DNA of 64,000 nt from IMG/VR virus record IMGVR_UViG_3300021964_000046; one strand, written 5' to 3'. The first letter of the stretch is position 1. Every line of letters starts with the position of its first letter. Below, one piece after another: positions 38,750-46,690 of the stretch. Below the pieces are notes generated by a model, which worked only from the letters and a program-made list of their open reading frames with translations, was not told where the DNA came from and searched no databases. Source of the stretch: an uncultured virus (IMG/VR IMGVR_UViG_3300021964_000046) (taxonomy: Duplodnaviria > Heunggongvirae > Uroviricota > Caudoviricetes). The position numbers were made by a program, and so were the translations under genes.

Positions 38750-39709
38750 ATGGCACATATTAGAAAAACATTTACATATCCTAAACCAGATGAGTATCTT
38801 GGACAATTTGACAATCAGCAATTAACTGGTGAGCATACATATGAAGGTCCAGACACTATGTGGGTATTCATTGATAATGTAACAAACAAAATTTCACCAG
38901 ATGCATACATGGAAGAAGAAGAAGGTATGGACTTTACACCACCAAGTAACCTAAGAAAAGTGCTTGTTGACTGTGATGAAAATCCAATTATTTGTTCACT
39001 TATGGAATGTGATGTTGATGACGATGAGCATGAATTAACTGAAGAAACATTACCAAACGGTGTAACATATTGGACATATCAAGATCCACCGCCTGATCAT
39101 ACATATGAAAAATTTGATATTGAATGTAATTCTAATAACCAATTTATTAAAGTAGCAAGTTCAACAAACGGCGGCACACCACATTATCCGTGGAAACAAC
39201 CACACGTTAAATGGGCACACTTGCGTAGACACAGAACTTCATTACTACAATGGAGTGATGATAAAGTAAACACAGATATGCCACAGTCGGTACAAGATTC
39301 TTGGAATACATATCGTCAACAATTAAGAGATATTCCAGTACTATTTGGTGATAGTTTTGATGTTGAAATTACTGCTGGCGGCACAGGTTATGAAGTAGGT
39401 GATAAGATTAAATTTGCGGCAAGCGAATTAGAAGATTATATCATTGCAGACGAACTTGTTGCAACAGTTAAGACAGTAGACGGCGGTGCTATAACAGCAG
39501 TAACATTAAGCGGTAATCAAGCAGTTAACGATGGTAACGATATTGTTGTAGGTAGAGCGGCAAAAGATTTTGCTAATGTTACATACACATATGAAGCAGT
39601 TGCTGACGGCGCTGGTGCTGGTGCAGATGCTACATTTAGAGTACACAAATGTCAACGCTATGCGGCATGGAAAGTAGATACTCCACGTTCACCTTGCGGA
39701 ACTGCATAA
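38750..39709 (+). CDS. Tail fibre assembly chaperone-like protein B with C-terminal extension
   Basis: RTSLLQWSDD.V.TDMP....WNTYRQQLRDIP; N-terminal half aligns with 36526 (TFTY..PD.YL.Q, YxGPD..WVFID, C-x6-CSL, DHTYE, WKQP). Confidence 0.7.
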   Translation: MAHIRKTFTYPKPDEYLGQFDNQQLTGEHTYEGPDTMWVFIDNVTNKISPDAYMEEEEGMDFTPPSNLRKVLVDCDENPIICSLMECDVDDDEHELTEETLPNGVTYWTYQDPPPDHTYEKFDIECNSNNQFIKVASSTNGGTPHYPWKQPHVKWAHLRRHRTSLLQWSDDKVNTDMPQSVQDSWNTYRQQLRDIPVLFGDSFDVEITAGGTGYEVGDKIKFAASELEDYIIADELVATVKTVDGGAITAVTLSGNQAVNDGNDIVVGRAAKDFANVTYTYEAVADGAGAGADATFRVHKCQRYAAWKVDTPRSPCGTA

Positions 39710-39753
39710 TCCAAATCTAAAAAAATTACACACCCGCATACTTAAATAATTGT

Positions 39754-40587
39754 ATGAACAATACAGTTAGATTTGCGGGTGCTCAAATACCTGTAACTCA
39801 AAATCTCGAAGAAAATAAACAAGCAATTCTCAAAGCAATAGACTGGGCAGAAGAAAATAACTGCGACTGGCTATTAACTCCTGAAGGTTCATTATCAGGT
39901 TATTTTCCAAGTTTTGATTTAGTATTACCAAATGGTGTATCAGATCTTGCAAAAGCAGTGTTTGAAGTTGTTTCGTATGCAAATAAAAAAGGTATGGGTA
40001 TTGCATTAGGCACATTATGGGTAGATATAGAACACAGAGGCACAATTAGAAGGAATCAAATTAGATATTATGATAAACAAGGCGAACTATTAGGTGCAAC
40101 AAACAAACAGTACATTGTAGGTGGAGAAGATGCTCCACATCACAGTTGGGATCAGGTATTAGCAGATCCTCCAGGCACAACAAAAACACACTACCTTGAT
40201 GGTGTGCGTACCTGCGGTATGATCTGTAATGACTTTTGGGGTAATGGATTTAGATTTAATGCTCCAAGTTTGCCTTTAATGGCAAGTGTTCATTCTGTAA
40301 ATTTGATATTACACAGTACAAATGGTGATAGAGGGAACGATGCTGATCAACTTTGGATGGATTGGCATGATGTACATTTAAGAATGATGAGCCACACATA
40401 TAGTATTCCAATTATTACTGTTGATAGTTGTTGCGATAAATTCGGTGAAAACCGTGAACTACCCACAAGTTCTCAAAGTGGCGTAATACATAACGGAGAA
40501 TGGCAAGTAAAAGTGCCAAGGACAGGTCAACAACATTTTTATTGGGACTATGTCAAGAAAGAGAACGATATAATCAATACACAATAA
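39754..40587 (+). CDS. Carbon-nitrogen hydrolase (nitrilase superfamily)
   Basis: AGAQIP...N...I, TPEGSLSGY (Glu), NKQY (Lys), ICNDFW (Cys) triad; TAAATA at 39743-48. Confidence 0.85.
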   Translation: MNNTVRFAGAQIPVTQNLEENKQAILKAIDWAEENNCDWLLTPEGSLSGYFPSFDLVLPNGVSDLAKAVFEVVSYANKKGMGIALGTLWVDIEHRGTIRRNQIRYYDKQGELLGATNKQYIVGGEDAPHHSWDQVLADPPGTTKTHYLDGVRTCGMICNDFWGNGFRFNAPSLPLMASVHSVNLILHSTNGDRGNDADQLWMDWHDVHLRMMSHTYSIPIITVDSCCDKFGENRELPTSSQSGVIHNGEWQVKVPRTGQQHFYWDYVKKENDIINTQ

Positions 40588-40614
40588 GTAATTGCAACAA
40601 AGGAATTAATTAGA

Positions 40615-41601
40615 ATGTCAAAAAGAAATACAGCCTTTTTTATTAACGGTGGAGCAGGAAGGGTTATTACCAGCATTCCAGCACTTGAAAAATATCACGA
40701 AGAAAATCCAGATGACGATTTTATTTTAGTATGCGAAGGTGGCACAGACTTCTACAAAGGCCATCCAATTTTACATAAAAAAGCATACGATACTTGGCAC
40801 AAAAATTTGTTTGAAGACAAGTTAAAAGATATGAATCTTGTAACACCAGAACCTTATAGGGTTTTTGAATACTATAATCAACAAGCAAGTTTAGCACAGT
40901 GTTATGATATTGAAATTAACAATAAAGGTGTAAGAGAATTACCTCGTCCTACAATTAAACTAAGTCAACAAGAAGTAATGACAGGACAAAAATTAATTCA
41001 AGAAGTAAAAGAAAAAACTAAAAAAGATAAAATTATTGTATTTCAACCTTTTGGTAGAGGAACTATGCACGAGAACGGCATGATTGCTGATCCAAGCGGT
41101 AGAAGTTTTGAACCAGAAAATGTAATAAGCATTATTAAAAAATTAAGCAAAGACTACGGTATTATTTTTATGAGTGAAATTGCTATTGAATTTAACAAAC
41201 ACGGCGTAGAAGAACCAGTTGCAATTCCACAAAATATTGAATTAAGATTCTGGGCAGGTATTATCCATGCCGCAGATCATTTCTTAGGTTGTGATAGTGT
41301 TGGTCAACACATTGCTTATGCACTTGATCAGAAAGCAACAGTTGTTATTGGATCTACATTTAAAGAAAATATCTCTTATCCAGCCAATTTAAATTTTGAT
41401 ATTCTTGATATGGGCGAAGGCGCAAGAGTATATTCTCCAATTAGAATTACAATGGACGAATTCTCAGACAGAACCAATGAAGGTATTATGGCAATGAATG
41501 ATACAGTAGAAGATATTGTAGTTAAGTCAGTGCATAGTATGATTAAAGATGGAAAACGTGTCGAAATCCCAGATACCAGCAAACTCGACAAAGCATCGTA
41601 G
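40615..41601 (+). CDS. GT9 (heptosyltransferase-like, GT-B) glycosyltransferase
   Basis: GGAGRVITSIPAL, IIVFQPFG, and ADHFLGCDSVGQHIAYALDQKATVVIGST matching the GT9 DSG..H.A.A......FG.T donor motif. Confidence 0.7.
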   Translation: MSKRNTAFFINGGAGRVITSIPALEKYHEENPDDDFILVCEGGTDFYKGHPILHKKAYDTWHKNLFEDKLKDMNLVTPEPYRVFEYYNQQASLAQCYDIEINNKGVRELPRPTIKLSQQEVMTGQKLIQEVKEKTKKDKIIVFQPFGRGTMHENGMIADPSGRSFEPENVISIIKKLSKDYGIIFMSEIAIEFNKHGVEEPVAIPQNIELRFWAGIIHAADHFLGCDSVGQHIAYALDQKATVVIGSTFKENISYPANLNFDILDMGEGARVYSPIRITMDEFSDRTNEGIMAMNDTVEDIVVKSVHSMIKDGKRVEIPDTSKLDKAS

Positions 41602-42466
41602 ACTTTTTACTTTTGGCTGTAGTTTTACAATGTATGCGTGGCCTACGTATGCAGATATTCTTGGCGATCATTTTGAAGTATACGAAAACTGGGCATTTCC
41701 AGGTTTAGGGAATCGTGCTATTGCAGAACGTGTAGCAGAATGTCATGCAAAAAATAAATTTACAAAAGACGATGTAGTAATAGTACAATGGAGTACACAT
41801 ATAAGGAACGATTATCATACTTTTGTTCCTATGCAGTTTGACACTAAAAGTTTTTTACACGTATGGTTTAGAAAAAATAATCAAATAGGTTGGAAAACGC
41901 AAGGGAGTATTTTTAATCCTAACAACAGACAGTTTGTTTACAACGATAAATGGGTAAACACATTCTGGGACGAACACAGTTACTTAATGTATAGTTTAAA
42001 TGACATGAGTTTAACACAAGGGTTATTAGATAGTACACAGTGTACTTGGTACATGACAAGCATTGGCGATTTTGCAAAAATGTGTACTGACATTCCTAAT
42101 GCTCATGATGAAAATATATCAGACCAAGATAACCTTTATAACAGCAAACCAGAATTAGAAATTTATAAAAGTGTTTTAGAACATCCTAATTGGTTAGAGC
42201 CAATTGGTACATACAGTTGGAAACATCAGAATGATAGTTATGAGTTTGACGGAGATAACGGCAAGTGGTTAGAAGTACACCCAAGTCATAAACAACATTT
42301 TAACTATGCAGATCAGATTGTAAATTTAGATATAGATTTAACAGAATATAAAAATAAAATTAGTAATACTATTGAAGATATTAAGTTAAATGAATCTAAT
42401 TTCTTAACATTCCAAGAAGAAGTTAGTAAAGCAGTAAAGCACGAACCAATGTATAGAGGATTTTAA
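41549..42466 (+). CDS. SGNH/GDSL-like protein, paralog 1
   Basis: FGCSFT, WPT, NWAFPGLGN..I, VQWST..R, C-terminal EVHPS...H. Confidence 0.6.
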   Translation: MENVSKSQIPANSTKHRRLFTFGCSFTMYAWPTYADILGDHFEVYENWAFPGLGNRAIAERVAECHAKNKFTKDDVVIVQWSTHIRNDYHTFVPMQFDTKSFLHVWFRKNNQIGWKTQGSIFNPNNRQFVYNDKWVNTFWDEHSYLMYSLNDMSLTQGLLDSTQCTWYMTSIGDFAKMCTDIPNAHDENISDQDNLYNSKPELEIYKSVLEHPNWLEPIGTYSWKHQNDSYEFDGDNGKWLEVHPSHKQHFNYADQIVNLDIDLTEYKNKISNTIEDIKLNESNFLTFQEEVSKAVKHEPMYRGF

Positions 42467-43347
42467 TGAAAAGATTATTTGCATTTGGCTGTAGTTTTAC
42501 AATGTATGCGTGGCCTACATATGCAGATATTCTTGGCATGGAATTTGATCATTATGAGAATTGGGGATTTCCTGGATTAGGTAATAGAGCAATAGCACAG
42601 CGAGTAGCAGAGTGTAATGCAAAAAATAAGTTTACAAAAGATGATACAATTATTGTTCAATGGACAACACATATTAGGCATGATTGGCATACGTTCAAAG
42701 ATGTTAAATTAACTCAAAGAGGTGATCCTGTAAGAAACACAGATGACACAGGCTGGAAAACAAAAGGCAGTATTTTTAACTATATGAATAGAGAAATCTG
42801 TTTTGATGATAATTGGTTGAATAATTTCTGGAGTGAAGAAAGTTATTATATGTATGGTCAAAACAATATAGTGCTTGTAAGAGGATTATTAGACAGCATA
42901 GGCTGTAATTACAAAATGTTATCAATTAGTGATATGAATAAATTAGGAACAGATATGCCTGATGCTCCGGGTTTCGGAGAAAAAACACAGGAAAAAATAA
43001 ATGTGTTAGATACTAATCCTACATTTTCTGTGTATAACAGGGATGACTTTTTAGAACCGTTAGGAATTTTTGCATGGAATAAACAGGACCAACTATATTC
43101 TTTTTATGATCCTAATACTAAAAAAGATTGGACAGAATTACACCCCAGTCATTGGCATCATTTTGATTATTACAAAGAAATTGTTCGTCCAAGTTTGAAA
43201 CTTACAAACAAAATTCCGGATAAAATACAGTATACAATGAACAAACTTGACACACTAAAAGAAACAAACAAAGACTTAATAAGTTTTGAAGAAGGTATTC
43301 TTAAAGAAATTGTAGAATACAGTCATATAGGTTACATAGGATATTAA
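42466..43347 (+). CDS. SGNH/GDSL-like protein, paralog 2
   Basis: Same motifs (FGCSFT, GLGN, QWTT..R, ELHPS...H); coupled by TAATG. Confidence 0.6.
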   Translation: MKRLFAFGCSFTMYAWPTYADILGMEFDHYENWGFPGLGNRAIAQRVAECNAKNKFTKDDTIIVQWTTHIRHDWHTFKDVKLTQRGDPVRNTDDTGWKTKGSIFNYMNREICFDDNWLNNFWSEESYYMYGQNNIVLVRGLLDSIGCNYKMLSISDMNKLGTDMPDAPGFGEKTQEKINVLDTNPTFSVYNRDDFLEPLGIFAWNKQDQLYSFYDPNTKKDWTELHPSHWHHFDYYKEIVRPSLKLTNKIPDKIQYTMNKLDTLKETNKDLISFEEGILKEIVEYSHIGYIGY

Positions 43348-43348
43348 T

Positions 43349-45157
43349 ATGAAAAAACCAGATTTATGGATTGCCGCTATTGCAAGAGGACACAATGCAG
43401 GAGTGTGTTTACTTAAGAACGGAGAAGTAATTTTTAGCATTGAAGAAGAACGTTTAAGTAGACACAAATACGACGGCGGACCGTTTGCTTCAATGATTAA
43501 GATTCTTGATTACACTGACAAGTTGGATTATCTTGTAGTAGCACATACACAGGGGTTAGAACAAACAGCAGGTAAAGTAGATTTTACAGGAGACGATGTT
43601 TACACAGGTCTTGCACGTAAATTAGGATTAATTGATAGAGATCCTAAATTATTACCAAATCATCCTCAAGTAATTGATCTAAGTTATTATCATCACAAAC
43701 TACACGCGGCACTAAGTTTTTATAACTCTGGTTTTAATGATGCCGTTGCTGTTATTGTTGACGGCGCAGGAACATTTTTTGATGCCCACTTAGATGGTGA
43801 ACACAATCCTCCTACAACATTATGGGAAACAGAAACTATCTTTGATTGTGCATATCCTACTATGTTTAAAACATTGTACAAACACTTAGGAACAAGAGGA
43901 CCTCTGGTTGGCGCAGAGTTTAAAGACTTTGACGCAGGATTCTTTGGTGAAGAAGGTAAAGTGCCTGAGGTAGTATTATCTGAAACTGCTGGTATTGTTA
44001 AAACATATGAAGCAGTTACAGACTATTGTGGATTTAGTTTTATCGAAGCAGGTAAAACTATGGGACTTTTTCCGTATGGTGAATTAAACCGAGAATATAA
44101 ACTGTTTACTAACGATCAAACAAGTCCGTTGTCAAATAGAAATATGATTATCCCAACATATCCTAACGGTGCTCATGTTAATAGAAATTATTTTGAATCG
44201 TTAAGAGATAGAACAGGACAAGATGAAGATGTTACCAAGTTAAACAATAGAAGAGATATGGCATATGCTGTACAAACACAAACCCAAGAACAAGTTGCAA
44301 ACGTAATTCGTAAAGCAGTTAAGATGAGCGGTAAAAAGAATGTTGTTCTTTCAGGTGGTTACGGACTAAACTGTGTTGCAAATTACTACTATCTCAAAGA
44401 ATTAGAAAACGAAGGTATTAATTTATACGTTGAGCCTGTTTCTAACGATGCTGGTACAGCAATGGGTGCGGCACTGTTACAACATAGGGCAATCACTAAA
44501 GACAATACAGTACACCCACAAAAAGAAACGTTGTATAACGGACCGCAATATCATTACAGCGATTCAGAAATTACACAAGTTGCAGAAAAATATGAAGCAA
44601 CAGTAAGCGGTGTTGAACATAAAGATGTGGTTGAATTAATTACAAATAAAAATATTGTTGCAGTATTTCAAGGGCGTTCAGAGAACGGGCCACGTGCATT
44701 AGGCAATAGAAGTTTCTTGTATGATCCAACAGATCCAAACGGCAAAGACCATGTTAATAAAGTTAAGCGTAGGGAATATTTCCGTCCGTTTGCAGGTAGT
44801 ATTTTAGAAGAAGATGTACATGAATGGTTTGATTTACGTGGTATGAAATCATCACCTACAATGATGTATGCTGTAAACTGCCAGCCTGGTATCGAAGAAA
44901 AGATACCTGCTATTATACACGTAGATGGAACCTGCCGAATTCAAACAGTAAACAAAGAACAGAACCCACACTATTATAATTTAATCAAAGCATTTAAAGA
45001 AAAAACAGGATGTCCTATTATCTTTAATACGAGTTTTAATTTAGGTGGAGATCCTTTGGTAGAAACATTAGATCACGCTATTGCTACACTTGCTAAAAGT
45101 GACGTAGAATACCTATATTTGCCTGAATATGCTACATTAATCACAGTCAAAAATTAA
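43349..45157 (+). CDS. Carbamoyltransferase, NodU/CmcH/TobZ family
   Basis: GHNAG, EEERLSRHK, HHKLHA, VDGAG, GKTMGL..YG, SGGYGLNCVAN, DAGTAMGAA, ENGPRALGNRS, VKRREYFRPFA, HVDGTCRIQTV, NTSFN. Confidence 0.95.
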   Translation: MKKPDLWIAAIARGHNAGVCLLKNGEVIFSIEEERLSRHKYDGGPFASMIKILDYTDKLDYLVVAHTQGLEQTAGKVDFTGDDVYTGLARKLGLIDRDPKLLPNHPQVIDLSYYHHKLHAALSFYNSGFNDAVAVIVDGAGTFFDAHLDGEHNPPTTLWETETIFDCAYPTMFKTLYKHLGTRGPLVGAEFKDFDAGFFGEEGKVPEVVLSETAGIVKTYEAVTDYCGFSFIEAGKTMGLFPYGELNREYKLFTNDQTSPLSNRNMIIPTYPNGAHVNRNYFESLRDRTGQDEDVTKLNNRRDMAYAVQTQTQEQVANVIRKAVKMSGKKNVVLSGGYGLNCVANYYYLKELENEGINLYVEPVSNDAGTAMGAALLQHRAITKDNTVHPQKETLYNGPQYHYSDSEITQVAEKYEATVSGVEHKDVVELITNKNIVAVFQGRSENGPRALGNRSFLYDPTDPNGKDHVNKVKRREYFRPFAGSILEEDVHEWFDLRGMKSSPTMMYAVNCQPGIEEKIPAIIHVDGTCRIQTVNKEQNPHYYNLIKAFKEKTGCPIIFNTSFNLGGDPLVETLDHAIATLAKSDVEYLYLPEYATLITVKN

Positions 45158-45194
45158 ATCCTTCTAAGCGATAAATATACTAAAGAGGAATAAA

Positions 45195-45614
45195 ATGTTT
45201 GATATTGGTAAGTTTTTCGGCAAAGGATTAAAGAACACAGTACTAATGAAAAATGGTACTAATCTAAGTTATCACGGACCGTGGAAGAAAATCACAGAAG
45301 ATACACTACTTGATAGATGGCTTGTTGGCGATTTTTGTGCGGCTGAATATACTATTGTTGCAGACTTATCAACTTTCCAAAAAGAAATAGTTAAATGTTT
45401 AGTAGTTGCAGGACCAAGCACAGCAGAACTTGTTGTGTATGGTAGATCTAATCTTGGAAACCAGATTATTGATTTATCTGTAAGCGTTAATGACAGTTAT
45501 GTAAATGTAATTGTTAATGCTAAACCATTAGACGACTCTGCACCAGGACGTGGTGCAAAGTGTGTGTTTAGTGCAAACTATTTCCAAACGCAAAACGTTT
45601 TAGTGCCTGCATAA
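45195..45614 (+). CDS. Probable virion structural protein
   Basis: 139 aa, beta-rich; TAAATA at 45172-77 and SD GAGG. Confidence 0.55.
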   Translation: MFDIGKFFGKGLKNTVLMKNGTNLSYHGPWKKITEDTLLDRWLVGDFCAAEYTIVADLSTFQKEIVKCLVVAGPSTAELVVYGRSNLGNQIIDLSVSVNDSYVNVIVNAKPLDDSAPGRGAKCVFSANYFQTQNVLVPA

Positions 45615-45646
45615 AGTAGGATAAATATGGGTACTTGGAGTAAACT

Positions 45647-46684
45647 ATGGCTGTAACTTATAATCCGTTTGAATCAGAATATGGCTTTAAAAGTCCTGGC
45701 TTCACTGTGGATACTGAAGGCAATGTTACACTAAAAAGTATTACATATCTTGTTGAAGAAGAAGATATTGTTGCTGATAGATTTTACATGAACCAAGTTG
45801 GTACTGGTGAAGGATCAGCATTTACACAAGACGGTGTATTTACTGACGGTACATCTATCCTTAGAGAAAACCCAAGTATTGCTCTTACACGTGGCACTTC
45901 TTACAGTTTTAGTCTAAACAATTTTACTTTCTTAACTTGGAATATTTTTTATGAAGATCCAGAAGGAACTTCACAACTTATTATCAACAATGTACCAGTG
46001 TTATTATATAACGAAGGTGTTTCTTATAAAGAAACCGACGCTTCATCAACAACTTTAACAGGTTTATCTGCACAAGGTAAAACTACAGGTATATTTTTCT
46101 TTGAAGTACCGGCACTTGCACCGTCTACATTATATTACGCAACAGGTGACGGAACTATATATGGAACAATCACAACAGCAGATCCAACAATTACTGGTAT
46201 TGGTAGTTTTAGCAGTTTAAACGTAATCGGCGATGTAACATTTACAGGACAAGATGCTGAAATTGCAATTAGTCCACAAGGTGCATACGGAACAGTAACT
46301 ATTAATCCTGCAGGCGAAGGTACATTAAGTAATATGTACGTTAATGCATTGACATTAAATGCATCTCAATCAGTTAATTTGAGTCCTGTAGACGAAAATG
46401 TAACTATTAGTCCAAGCGGAACAGGTGTTTTAACTGTTAATAGTGGGCAAGAGGGAACAATTAACAATATGAGTGTAGGACAAACTACACCAAGCGACGG
46501 ATCGTTCTTAGCGTTAAATGCAGAAAATGGGTTAAATAGTACAGTAATAGGAAATGTAACACCAGAAGATGCTACATTTAAACAAGCAACAGGACAGAAC
46601 GCACCAGTGACAAGCCAACATTTAACAAACAAACAGTACGTGGATAATACAGCAACAGCATTAGCGATTGCATTAGGAGTTTAA
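45647..46684 (+). CDS. Tail fibre-associated protein
   Basis: Degenerate cupredoxin-like domain (LTRGTSYSF...VPALAPSTLYY); ends HLTNKQYVD..ATALAIALGV; TAAATA at 45622-27. Confidence 0.6.
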   Translation: MAVTYNPFESEYGFKSPGFTVDTEGNVTLKSITYLVEEEDIVADRFYMNQVGTGEGSAFTQDGVFTDGTSILRENPSIALTRGTSYSFSLNNFTFLTWNIFYEDPEGTSQLIINNVPVLLYNEGVSYKETDASSTTLTGLSAQGKTTGIFFFEVPALAPSTLYYATGDGTIYGTITTADPTITGIGSFSSLNVIGDVTFTGQDAEIAISPQGAYGTVTINPAGEGTLSNMYVNALTLNASQSVNLSPVDENVTISPSGTGVLTVNSGQEGTINNMSVGQTTPSDGSFLALNAENGLNSTVIGNVTPEDATFKQATGQNAPVTSQHLTNKQYVDNTATALAIALGV

Positions 46685-46690
46685 AGGCAG

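Noticed and set aside
41612..42537. Diversity-generating retroelement TR/VR pair
   Set aside because: Only one mismatch, both copies encode a catalytic N-terminal motif, and there is no reverse transcriptase in the window.
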